Position numbers and translations under genes: made by a program | NCBI GenBank assembly: GCA_034780895.1 | Contig: JAUZTB010000048.1 | Location: 24,717,063 to 24,780,255, forward strand | Length of the DNA: 63,193 nt | DNA from: Rhynchobatus australiae | Taxonomy: Eukaryota | Direction of reading: 5' to 3' | Notes under the pieces: model-generated | Told to the model about the DNA's origin: nothing | What the model saw: the letters and a program-made list of their open reading frames with translations, nothing else | Databases searched by the model: none | Shown: in pieces, positions 11,285 to 23,740 of the stretch | Numbering within the stretch: position 1 is the stretch's first letter | Layout: each line of letters begins with the position of its first letter

Positions 11285-11579
11285 AGCTCCCTCAAGGCAT
11301 CCCAAAGCATTTTACAGCTAATAAAATGTTTGTTCAAGTGTAGTCACAATTGTAATATCAATTTGTGCACAATAAATTCACACAAACAGCATTATATTAA
11401 TGAAGCTGGTTGAAAAATAAACAATGCCCAAATAAATCCCAGGCTATTCTTTGAAAAAGTTATTACTGTATCTTTCACATTCACCAAAAGGTGAGATGAG
11501 TTCCTGGTTTAAAATCTCATCTGAAAGTTGGCAATTCCAATAATGCAGCATCCCGGTTGTACAGCATTGAATTATCAGC
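11285..11579 (-). mobile_element. Deu-domain SINE (SacSINE1/AmnSINE1-like), decayed
   Basis: cccaaagcattttacagctaa...aagtgtagtcacaattgtaat...aatttgtgcaca...cctggtttaaaatctcatctgaaag...aatgcagcatccc. Confidence 0.7.
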
Positions 11580-12015
11580 NNNNNNNNNNNNNNNNNNNNN
11601 NNNNNNNNNNNNNNNNNNNNNNNNNNNNNNNNNNNNNNNNNNNNNGGGAATTCATACCAGAGCCTTCTGGTACACATAAATCAAACAATTGCACATGGCA
11701 TACACTATTTCCATACAAATAATATATAAACATTTTTGACAAATTTCTTTCTCCACTATTTTGTTATAAATATTAACACACTTATTTTGAGCAGGCTCAT
11801 CTCTACAATAAAGTAGCAAAGAGAAGATTTCTAACAGCACGTGTGAGGTATTTGCACATCATTATCTGTATAACTCCAACATCAAATGCGTCAGATTTGA
11901 GGCAGAAGAATATCAAAAATTTTGAAGAAAATTCTATTAGAAACATGCCGATTAAAAATGATCATCCTTGTAAAATCATTCAGTAACAATTACTTTTATC
12001 AAAAAGTGTACTTAC

Positions 12016-12087
12016 AATCTTTCAAGTTTAGGAAGATCACTAAATGTTTCAGATTCTAACACTTCTATATTATTGAAGTGAAGGTAT
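12016..12087 (-). CDS. PXDNL: Peroxidasin-family LRR exon (exon 5 equivalent)
   Basis: 72 nt, phase 2-2, cag| and |gtaagt. Reads YLHFNNIEVLESETFSDLPKLERL. Confidence 0.96.
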
Positions 12088-12589
12088 CTGTTGGGATAAA
12101 AGAGCATTGAATGAGAGAAATTGCAGAAAATGAGGTGAAATGTTGCCTTTTGTCAAGCTTTTCAATGGGAGCGATCACTTCCATTCCCATTTTATGGGAA
12201 TCCTTTCATAGCTTTCCTTTAAAGATGTTTATCAAAAATATCTTCCAAATAATGGACCAGTTAAGATAAACCAATCTTCAATTTAACTTCACCATGTGAA
12301 ACTGAGTCTTCCTTTTCATTGTATGCTCATGTCTTCCCCATTTAGATTGGTCAACTGGATCAAAAGTTCCACTAGTTAACCTCGATAGTTCTGAGCAATT
12401 AAAAGGATGCTGTTTTTACAATTTTCAATCTCAATTTTCTCACAGTTAACAAAATACTTCTGTAGGACAAAGTCCAAAAAAGGAATGAAAAAAAATGATC
12501 AGGCAAACTACTTTCTGAGAGACTGGACTCCAGGACAAATATTCCAAGAGAACTCCCATATCATTGAAAGGGTATCACAAGACCCTTTA

Positions 12590-12868
12590 CTAGTGGGAGC
12601 AGTAGCACATGGTTAAGTTACTGAATTAGCATGTGGAGACTGGCATCAATGATCCATAGACTCAAGTTGAAATCACATCTTGGCAATTGGGGAATTTAAA
12701 TAATCCTGGAAATAAAGCAGCAAACATTTACCACAACACCACCAGATTGTTCAGGGAAGGAAATATGCTAAGTTTACATGATTCCATGTCCACCAATATG
12801 ATTGATGTTTAACTGCCTCTTTAATTCATAGACATTTAGGAGGAACATGGCCTTGAATGAATAAAAAG
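12590..12868 (+). mobile_element. Decayed tRNA-like SINE (same family as 35250-35630)
   Basis: gcagtagcacatggttaagttactgaattag...atgatccatagac...cagggaaggaaatatgc...tttaactgcc...gaatgaataaaaa. Confidence 0.55.
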
Positions 12869-13599
12869 GAAATATTCTGCAGAAGTTGATGAGGGCTCTA
12901 TTCAACACAATATTTGCTATGATGCAGTTCTTCCTCAGCACCAGACTGATGATCTTATGCTCACTTACTTGGGCTGGAGTTTAAACCAAAAACCTTTAGA
13001 TTCAGATGGTTGATACAGGGCCAAACTGACATCATTCCTTACTCCACCACCAACCCTCCAACCCCTGCCTCACTCAGCAGAGAAAAAATAGAAACTGGAG
13101 AACATCAGAACAAATATCTTTGGTTTGGGCCTTCTTGACTTATCTCAGTTATAATGATCTAAACTCCAAAGTCACGCTTCTTTCTATATCTGTGATAAAA
13201 TGGGATAATTTAAGAATGATAGTCATCAACTTGTTGCCTGAACGTTACAGCCTGCAAGCCTGAATTCAAGGAGCAACAGAAATTACTTGGCTGCCTATAC
13301 TTGGATAAGCTGAACATCACATCCATCCTCTGCACTCCAGGGTGTTGATGGGCAATGCTGTGGGAGATCAGCTAGTTTACTTCAAATAAATGAAGAATTT
13401 TTAACCATACAACCATAAGCAGATAAACTAACTTTCTGCAACAGTAGAGAGTGCTTATACTAAAGAATGTGAAGACTTTACCATACACAGATTATCACAT
13501 CGCACAATTGAAACTGGCAATTTTAAATGCATCATGAAATACATATGGTTTTAATACATATGTGTTTTTATTATACAGATTGATAAATTATGAACTTAC

Positions 13600-13671
13600 A
13601 GCTGTTCCAAGGAAACCAACCCCTTAAAAGCTTGCTTTTGAATTGTCTGGATTTCATTTTTGTAAAGATAG
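13600..13671 (-). CDS. PXDNL: Peroxidasin-family LRR exon (exon 4 equivalent)
   Basis: 72 nt, phase 2-2, cag| and |gtaagt. Reads YLYKNEIQTIQKQAFKGLVSLEQL. Confidence 0.96.
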
Positions 13672-15930
13672 CTGAAGACAAATGGAAAAAGTTTGTAAGG
13701 CAGTAATTTACTTATTATTTAGCCACCTATCACACTAATTGCAAGTCAAAAAGCAAAACATTAACAGACTATGACATTTAAGAGTGAGAAATATCTGTAG
13801 GCATCTGTTGATAACTTTCCCTTGATGGAAGAGTCAATGGAATTTGGAAAAAGCTGCAAAACTTCCACATGTCCACTAAGTACTTATAAAATTGACCACT
13901 ATTACACTCTGGAAGAATTTCTCAGTCTCATTTACCTCAGTGATTTCAAGCACTTATGTGACAGACTGCTAAAACCATGGACCACTCCTCGGGGTTGAAA
14001 AATTTAACTCCCAAGTACATTCAAATTTTTAAAAATTACAAAAGCTGATGTACAACACAGTAACAGGTTTATGGCATGAGCTTATATTGGAGGTGCTGAG
14101 AGGCATGGCTCATTGTAACTCAAACTGTTGATACACTTGCCATTCTACTATTTACATATCAGATTAATGTGCCAGAAACTTTGGTGCTTTTGCCTCATTC
14201 CATGAGGAGTAATTGCTGCTAAATGCTTTAAGTTATTTTCTGTTGTCACAGTGATAAATAGGCACTCTTTTTCTCCCAATTCAGATTCTATTCTACCCAT
14301 TTCACATTGGCTTTATTCTTCCCCAATTCTCCCTTCACCAAAACCTAATCGTTTCTGCAGTGATCAAAGTTCTGACACAATCCATGGACAGGACTTCTTG
14401 ATCAGACAAAACAGCCCTCAGTTCAAACTAGAATATATTCCTGTTTCTATCCCTATTTCCCACTGTGGTATTAATTCACACCTGTTTTGATTAATGGTCT
14501 ACTTCATACCTGTCTATTATTTACAAGTATATTTCTCACCTTTTATCTCTCCAATTCCGTTTAAAATTTCTTCACCCCAAGTAATGCTTTTTCCCACTTC
14601 AACCTCATCTGTACCCATTTCTGTTCAGATGGATATATCCTCCATTCTGACTTGGGACATAAAGCTTTGATCTCACAGATCAAGATCAAGAGTTCTCAGT
14701 ATGTAAAAGAGTTTTGATTCCCTGTAGTAGTTTCAGGGATCAAACCACAGTGTCAACTTTCAAACACAAACATGGACAATTCCTAATTTGGTCACCTGCC
14801 TGAAACTTGGATACTTAACATGTGTTGGTAATAGTGTAAATAATCCAATGTAAACTCATTGTATCATTGCAAAATTTACTTTCCTTACAACAATTACTTG
14901 GCTGTGCGGACATAAAATGTTTGCTCCCTATTTCTGGTGCTGCTGCTAAATGAAAACTGAAGTATTGTCTTATTCTGTCTTTAATCAAATCTTCAGTCTC
15001 AACATTGTTCCAGTCACATGTCGTGATCTCCTTTTATGCACTTAGACATCCCAGACCTTCTCTGGGTTTCCACAAGATGGATTATCCTATGAACTTTACT
15101 TGCCATTAAAGCAAATTGAAAATTTGGGGGCAAGAGTTGCCAACAATTTCTTTACTTGGTGATAAGCACATGTTTGATGCCACTCTTGGGAGAATCCGTA
15201 CCAGCAGTGAANNNNNNNNNNTTTGTACCATTTCTGTAATGGCAACGGAAATGTCGAGTCGGCAGCATATGGTACACTTAATTCCCTGCTGTTTGTAGCA
15301 AAAGAAAATGAATACAATGCAACATTTCCCTTTTAATATATTCTAACATCACTATGAATTGTAAGGAAAGAAACCCTTTATCCTGAAGATCCACTGCATC
15401 AGATACACACAGCACTAGCTGTCTATTTTTCCTGAAAGTACATGTTAATATTAATGAAGTTTGCTCTAGTCGCAACCTACAGAACAGGGATGTTAACAGC
15501 AAAGCTCAGTAAAGCTTTATGCCGAGATGAGAATTCAGCGTGGTATGAGCGTTCCATAAATGCACAGGACTTTAAACTTATGGAGGAAAAATGCACATCT
15601 GGAGATTGTCATTCATCTGGTAATATTTATTAAAATGATGCACTTCTGTCAATTGTTTAGAAATTTGGCTATCCACCAATGTAGCTGTTTTGCATTATCC
15701 TCATTTAATAAGTGCATGGATACCATGGTTGTGTATCAAATACATGTGTTATGAATTACTTACTGGGAACAATATCAGCTAACAGCAAATTAACAATTAA
15801 TCGTACTTAACACGATTACTTAATACTCATTTCATAAATCAATATTGTAAAACAGAATTGAATCAAATTGTGTCTATCTTCTAATTCTAACACAGCAAAT
15901 ATTTCTGGATATCTATTAGTGTAAACTCAC

Positions 15931-16002
15931 AGATACTTTAGGTTTTCCAACTCCTCAAAGGCCCTCTGTGGAATCCCTTTAATTTGGTTATTATTGAGCA
16001 AC
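15931..16002 (-). CDS. PXDNL: Peroxidasin-family LRR exon (exon 3 equivalent)
   Basis: 72 nt, phase 2-2, ttttcag| and |gtgagt. Reads [24 protein letters not shown]. Confidence 0.96.
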
Positions 16003-19000
16003 CTGAAAAGACAGAGGAATTAGTAATGAATGAATGCATTGACAAACCTTGTAGTTTGCACACTCTAAAGATTTCATGTTCCTCTTGGGAAAAAAAACTA
16101 TAGAAAATAAAACAGTGAGAATTTCTGTTTCCACTCTCTGGAACCCTTGAATTTTAACCATTTTACCTTTGTAGTCATTTAGCTATATATATAAGCCACC
16201 CCCTGAAGATGTACACTGGCAGCTCCTCGGATCTCTTCTCACTTCTCACCACAGTCTGAATTGATCTTCTCCCCAATATCTCTGGTTTTCTGTCAGCCCC
16301 CTCCAATCTTCTTCCCAGCTATTCCCTTCAAACATCTTGATTCCCCTCCACTCTCCTCCAGATCATCTCCTCGGATCTTTCCCCCTCCTTCCTCCCTGCC
16401 TTGCTTTATGCCCCGGATTCCTCAACCATCCAACTCCCACTCTGTAATCTTAGTCTGATAAGTCAGAAACAACAGATTCGAAGTATAATGGTGCAGAACC
16501 GATAAGGAAAAAGAATAATAATGAAGGTGTTTTGGAGGTAGAGCAGTGAGAACTGGAGACAAATGAGCGAGAACTCTGGGAAGACCAACTATCGCAAGGA
16601 AGACTCTACTGCCTGGGGCACGGAGAAGGAGGATCAATTGTTTGGCCAATGGGAGATCCCCTATTTTGGCGTTAAAAGTAAGAGAAGTAGTTTGGGTGAG
16701 TACTGGTCCAAAAGGAATAATAGCTTTCAGGAACTGTTGATCCAGAGCCAACATAACTTACATGAATATCTGCACTGATATAATAAAGTTGAAAGAGTAA
16801 AGTTGCAAGTTGAATTAATTAGGATTTGAGTGGTCAATTGCATACTATCTGGAGCTTTGCCCTGTTAAACAGCAGAGTAAACATGTTACTGGTGTGTTCA
16901 AACNNNNNNNNNNNNNNNNNNNNNNNNNNNNNNNNNNNNNNNNNNNNNNNNNNNNNNNNNNNNNNNNNNNNNNNNNNNNNNNNNNNNNNNNNNNNNNNNN
17001 NNNNNNNNNNNNNNNNNNNNNNNNNNNNNNNNNNNNNNNNNNNNNNNNNNNNNNNNNNNNNNNNNNNNNNNNNNNNNNNNNNNNNNNNNNNNNNNNNNNN
17101 NNNNNNNNNNNNNNNNNNNNNNNNNNNNNNNNNNNNNNNNNNNNNNNNNNNNNNNNNNNNNNNNNNNNNNNNNNNNNNNNNNNNNNNNNNNNNNNNNNNN
17201 NNNNNNNNNNNNNNNNNNNNNNNNNNNNNNNNNNNNNNNNNNNNNNNNNNNNNNNNNNNNNNNNNNNNNNNNNNNNNNNNNNNNNNNNNNNNNNNNNNNN
17301 NNNNNNNNNNNNNNNNNNNNNNNNNNNNNNNNNNNNNNNNNNNNNNNNNNNNNNNNNNNNNNNNNNNNNNNNNNNNNNNNNNNNNNNNNNNNNNNNNNNN
17401 NNNNNNNNNNNNNNNNNNNNNNNNNNNNNNNNNNNNNNNNNNNNNNNNNNNNNNNNNNNNNNNNNNNNNNNNNNNNNNNNNNNNNNNNNNNNNNNNNNNN
17501 NNNNNNNNNNNNNNNNNNNNNNNNNNNNNNNNNNNNNNNNNNNNNNNNNNNNNNNNNNNNNNNNNNNNNNNNNNNNNNNNNNNNNNNNNNNNNNNNNNNN
17601 NNNNNNNNNNNNNNNNNNNNNNNNNNNNNNNNNNNNNNNNNNNNNNNNNNNNNNNNNNNNNNNNNNNNNNNNNNNNNNNNNNNNNNNNNNNNNNNNNNNN
17701 NNNNNNNNNNNNNNNNNNNNNNNNNNNNNNNNNNNNNGATGAAATAACTAAATGGAAGTGCAAGACAAAAGGGAGCTGTAAAAAAAAACAAAGTTTGAAC
17801 CCAAAGGAGGTGAAAATGGAAGAAGCCACTCAGCTAAACATTACTGCACTGATATAATTTATGTCAACTTCTCATGCTGCAATCTATTGTTATTTTTTAA
17901 ATAAGTATAGAAGAAAATACACCCTTTCAGGCTTCTGCTCACCTTTTTATTAAAATGAATCTAATACCTTTCATGTTGTAGCTCTCTTTGTGAGCTAGTT
18001 GAGTGGATTTGCAAGAGTTTCATTTATGGAAGGTAAGTGATCTAACAGACAGTCATATTAAAAAGAGAATAGATGGCTTGCAATAACACCTTTCACAACC
18101 TTAGATCATCCCAAATCATGCTGTAACCAATGAAGTATCAATGAAATGGACACCACTCATCAAATTGTCAAGCCCTCGACTGAGTTGGTCGAGCTAACTC
18201 TGCAGCATACTTTTTGACCATTACTGCGTGGAGGAAGGACACTTCCACCACTTCACAGGCTGACTGACGTGCAAACCTTTGGTGATGTTTCTCAGCTGTC
18301 TTATTCTGGGGCAAAGTGTTTATTTTTAATGTGCACCAACACCAAAAAAATGGCAAAGCTGCAAATCATCACTGGGATTTCCACATCAACCAACTGCAAG
18401 GAAGCAGGAATTTAAAACATTTTATAAAAACATGAAAAAGAAATATCAGGGACAGCTTCTTTCTTCATTTAATTGTTAACAAAAATACCTCTGCTTTGTT
18501 GGCATGATTACTTTGTTGGCAATATTTTAAAAACTATTACTCATCCACCCTCACTTCTTGCCCCCACCCCAAGTCTCTGACTGAGCCAGAGACCCTGGGA
18601 ATGGCTGAGACCACTACAACTCAGTGGGCCAGTTGTGTAGAGAAAACTTGGTGGAGTTGGATTGCTGAACAGCAGGGCCTGCCTGCTGATCCAGAGGCTG
18701 GGAGATTCCAGCTCCCAGTGTCCTGGTGACTGCTCTGGTTGGTAAGCAAGCATCAGAAGGTGGCCAGCTCACCGATTGGCACCTTGGTGTGCGTGCTTAA
18801 AAGCGCACATCACATCAATTATTCATTGCTTATGCCAAGCGATGTTGGTGCGTATGCTCACCAATACATGGGCCAAACTTCTGGAGATGTTCTCTGGGTT
18901 TTAAATTAAATTCAATTGCCTGCCACATAAAAATATTGTGCTACATCAGAGAATTTTTAGGCCAGAGAGTTTTAAGTGACAGGAACTTGGAGCCTGACCA

Positions 19001-20684
19001 ATAGTAGATAACAAGGAGTAGATCAGTGGGATTTTAGAGGCCTAGTGTGAATGGAGTGGATTAATGTGCATAAAACATCTCACAGGTCATGGACATTCTT
19101 TTGAAATACACGTTCTACAAGGAAGATAAAGAAATTTTGCCACTAGTTTTATTGTATTGACTAATATTAGAGAAAAACCTTGCATTTGAAGTAATTAATA
19201 TCTCTTGACCCCCAGTGATATTGCTACCCCAGTGTATCCTTTAACAAGCTGCAGATTGAACCATCACATAAGATATTGTTTAGGGATTAAAAACAAAGTT
19301 CATGCTAATCCATCTGTGAAAAGGCACTCATCATAATGCTACACTGGAATGCTGATCATTTATGACAGGGAGATGTTAAAGTGATGACCCAAACTCAGAT
19401 GACAACTTTGTTGGAACCCTGCCAGAAGTGAAGCAAGAATAGAGGCACCAAGTCAAAAATATTCTGGAGGAGTTATCAGTTAAAATGACAATAAATCAGA
19501 ACATAATCCACCTAGATCTCCTCTATTTCCTTACATGGGACAACAAAAATATGTCGTCAGTTCTTTAAAAAATCATTTGCTCACAATTCACACAGGTCGA
19601 CAAGTGCCAAATCTTAACTTCAGAAGTTTCAACCTTAATGCTTCTTCATCTAGATGCACTTCAACTCTCAATNNNNNNNNNNNNNNNNNNNNNNNNNNNN
19701 NNNNNNNNNNNNNNNNNNNNNNNNNNNNNNNTCCCAGTATTAAAACACTTCCTCGGTAACCCCTAACACCTCACCGATTACATCCTGGGCCATATTTGGG
19801 AAAGTTCTAGCTTACCAGTCACAAAAAAAAACTGATGCACATGTGGAGTGTTTGCCAGGGGCATCACTTGGAGACCAATGGTATTGAAAGCCAGAGGGGC
19901 AAAGATTTGAATGGATTTGGGGTGTAGGGGGTAGATGAAACTGAAGACAAAAGATGCTTCTGAAGGCTAGGGCAAGGATAAAAAGGGTTAACTCAGGGAA
20001 TAGAAGAAAGCAATGTATTTGGAAGGGAAAAGAGAAAAGGTAACTTGAAAATGAGTGTGATTACAGAGACCCTGAAAACGGATTGACACAAAGCATAACG
20101 GCCCTTAGTTACCAGAACTGGCAAGAGAACTGACATTTGAAAGAGATCTTTAACATAATGGAGAAAATAAAACCTTTTTCAAGCAGAGGACATTTACATT
20201 CAGGTAGGTCAAGAAGAACCAGGATGGTATGTAATCATAGATCAAGGCTAGATATAAGGAAGCTTTTTCTTTATAAATGGCAGATGCTCTTCAAATTTTG
20301 AAACAAGCTTACAGCTTGTGGAGTGAATCCTGTAAGCACACAAGGAGACTGGACATATTCCTGGTGGTGTCCAAAATCACAAGCATGCAGAAGGTCAGAA
20401 GTTGGGTTTGTTGTTGGACATTGGTTGTTGGAAATTTCATTGCATTCCACTGATTTTTTAAAAAATGTCATTGATTGAAAATGGTTTTCATTCAGAACGG
20501 AACGCGATCACAAACATTTCTAGGTTGCATCATCTGAATCTGGAAATTTCTGGTGTCACTTTGATGTGATTTCTGTGTCAGAGTTGTACAGAATGATAGA
20601 ATTCCTGATGTACTTGTTTGCTTGGGGAAGGTGGACCACATTGTCCCTTCAAATGGCATTCTCAAGATAACAAGACCTTACTTG

Positions 20685-20880
20685 AGAAACAAAGGATGGC
20701 AGATGCTAGAATTTAGATGAAAAACACGATGATGCTGGAGGAACTCAGCAGGGCAGGCAGTGTCCGTGGAGAAAAGCAGGCGGTCAATGTTTCAGATCCA
20801 GACCCTTCTTCAGGACTGAAGATAGGAAAAGGGGAAGCCCAATATATAGGAAGGAAAAGCAGAGCAGTGATAGGTGGACA
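20685..20880 (-). mobile_element. Penelope-like element terminus with hammerhead-like core
   Basis: gcagatgctagaatttagatgaaaaacacgatgatgctggaggaactcagcagggcaggcag.... The minus strand at ~20818-20782 reads CTGAAGAAGGGTCTGGATCTGAAACATTG. Runs into a gap. Confidence 0.75.
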
Positions 20881-22579
20881 NNNNNNNNNNNNNNNNNNNN
20901 NNNNNNNNNNNNNNNNNNNNNNNNNNNNNNNNNNNNNNNNNNNNNNNNNNNNNNNNNNNNNNNNNNNNNNNNNNNNNNNNNNNNNNNNNNNNNNNNNNNN
21001 NNNNNNNNNNNNNNNNNNNNNNNNNNNNNNNNNNNNNNNNNNNNNNNNNNNNNNNNNNNNNNNNNNNNNNNNNNNNNNNNNNNNNNNNNNNNNNNNNNNN
21101 NNNNNNNNNNNNNNNNNNNNNNNNNNNNNNNNNNNNNNNNNNNNNNNNNNNNNNNNNNNNNNNNNNNNNNNNNNNNNNNNNNNNNNNNNNNNNNNNNNNN
21201 NNNNNNNNNNNNNNNNNNNNNNNNNNNNNNNNNNNNNNNNNNNNNNNNNNNNNNNNNNNNNNNNNNNNNNNNNNNNNNNNNNNNNNNNNNNNNNNNNNNN
21301 NNNNNNNNNNNNNNNNNNNNNNNNNNNNNNNNNNNNNNNNNNNNNNNNNNNNNNNNNNNNNNNNNNNNNNNNNNNNNNNNNNNNNNNNNNNNNNNNNNNN
21401 NNNNNNNNNNNNNNNNNNNNNNNNNNNNNNNNNNNNNNNNNNNNNNNNNNNNNNNNNNNNNNNNNNNNNNNNNNNNNNNNNNNNNNNNNNNNNNNNNNNN
21501 NNNNNNNNNNNNNNNNNNNNNNNNNNNNNNNNNNNNNNNNNNNNNNNNNNNNNNNNNNNNNNNNNNNNNNNNNNNNNNNNNNNNNNNNNNNCATAGTGTT
21601 TTTCAACAGGATGGGCACCGAACTGGGAGGGTTGAAGGGCAAGTAAATTACTTGCCACATCCTTGGGCCCACCACCTACATAGCACAGACCACCACTCTC
21701 CTAAGCACTCATGGATTTCTGGCCTGCTCCCATAAATTGAAGCCCTCCAAATCTCACAAAACTCAACTCCTGATTTGCTGCTGTCCTTGATCTTCAATCT
21801 CCCCTTCTCACTACCAATCCTCCCCATCAAACAGACTGACATTCCCCTCTCCATCCCCTAATCCCTTTGGAAGCTGATGACCTCTGCTCCTGATGAAGGT
21901 TTCTTGTTCCAAATTCTCCCCAAAACATGCCTGTCATTCCCAATATCCCACAGTCAGATCAATCTCAATTCCCCAACTCCAATTATCAGTTCTTCTCTGA
22001 TCCTAACACCATCCCACCAACCTTCAAACACGGGCTCCGATCCCCCCTAAACCCTCACTCAGGCTATATTCCAGGCTCCATCTGACAATGTGGCCACTGA
22101 ACTCCCGAATCCAGAGCTGGCAAAGGAGGACTCGCCACCATATTATAAAACTACAAGACTATTAAAACCTGAAATAACTGTCTGTGTGGCTGAGGCTTTG
22201 AGCCTTAGACATAACTGAAATTTTCTGAGAACATTGTTGAGGGAGGATGAGGGGATCCACCAAAATATTCATTGGTGGCCCACTGCCGTTCCATACTAGT
22301 GGCCCCACTGGAATCTCTAGAGAAATGTGTTTCACAGTTACTATGATTTCCTGGAGTACAAAGTTTGAGAGGAAATTTTTTGAAACAGCCAATATTGAGA
22401 CTCCAGCACAGATAGAAACTGAACTTCCTTAGCATTGTAACATGCTAGGAGAGTGAACAGAGCAAGCACCTTACTTGGACGCCCCACCTGAGCTCAACAG
22501 AAACCAACTATACGTGGTGGAATTGGGTCAGTCAATTCAGGAAAAAATTGCAAGTCCTTGTGCTTGAGGTAGATTAGTC

Positions 22580-22810
22580 AGTGAGTCATACAGCCATACA
22601 GCAGAAACAGGCCCTTCGGCCCACTGAATTCGTGCTGACCATTTAATTACACTCATCCACTTACACTCATCCCTTTTATTATATTTTTCCCTTGTTCCCA
22701 TCAACTCCTGTGAGATTATATCAATCACCTTCATACATAGAGCAATTTACATTGGCCAATTAACCTGCCAACACGCACGTCATTGGGACGTGGGAGAAAA
22801 CCCAGATGCT
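22580..22810 (-). mobile_element. V-SINE (HE1-like) remnant
   Basis: CR1-shared tail (acagcagaaacaggcccttcggcccac) followed by gcaatttacattggccaattaacct...gcacgtcattgggacgtgggagaaaaccc, the reverse complement of the V-domain. Confidence 0.7.
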
Positions 22811-23740
22811 TGGGCTCCAGCTTTTCACATTCTATATAAATGCTTTGCCAAATGTCATATTTCTAGTTTTATTGACAATACTAAATGAGGTGGGATTGGG
22901 AGGTGGGAAGAAGAGGGGATATGGGCAAGTTGAGTGAGTGGGCAAGAACATAGCAGATAGAATAAAATGTAGAAAAATGTAAGGTTATCCATTTTGATAA
23001 CCTCAGAAGAAATGCAGAGTATCTGTTAAACGTTGAGAGATTGGCTAACGTTTATATTCAAATGGGCTTAGATGTGCTCGTACACAAGATACTGAAGACC
23101 AACATGCAGGTAGGCAAGTAATTAAGAGAGCAATAGCAAGAGCAAAAGGTATGTTAGTCTTTATTACAGGATGATTTCAATACAGGGACAATTCATAGCA
23201 ATTGTGCAGGGATTTGGTGAGACTGTGCAGTTTTAGTCTTGTTCCCAAAGAAGCAATGTACCTGCCACAGTGAGAGTGCAGTGAAGAATTACAAGACTGG
23301 TTCCATGGATGATGGGTTTGCCATATGAGGAGATGAAGTGGACTGGGACTGTAATCTTTAGAGTTTAAAGGCTTGACTGGAAATACATTGAAAAATACAA
23401 AATGGGAATGACAAACTAGATGCTGAAGAATGTTTCATTTGGCTGGGGTGTCTAGGATCAGGGACACAATATCAGAGGAAGAGGTAATCAATTTATAACT
23501 GAGATAAGGAGAAACTTCTTCAGTCAGAGGGTGATGAAGCTTTGGAATTTTGTGCTCCAGAGGACTGTAGATCCTCATCATTGTGTTCATTCCAAACACA
23601 GATCTATAGAGAATCAAAGGATATGGGGATGGTCCTGGAAGATGGTGCTGAGGTAGGAGATGAGCCACGATCTTAATGAATGGCAGAGCAGGCTCAAAGG
23701 GCCAGGTGATCTACTCATCTTATTTCTTATGTCTTTATAC
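22810..23740 (+). mobile_element. CR1 LINE, decayed RT C-terminal part to 3' tail
   Basis: Degenerate I-Y-I-N / F-x-D-x-T-K region, agagtgcagtgaagaattacaagactgg, and tail gaatggcagagcaggctcaaagggcc...tttcttatg. Confidence 0.85.

Noticed and set aside
16826-17857. Long ORFs in the ORF track (also 20.7-21.7, 33.7-34.4, 49.1-49.8 kb)
   Set aside because: They consist almost entirely of X translated from N gaps.
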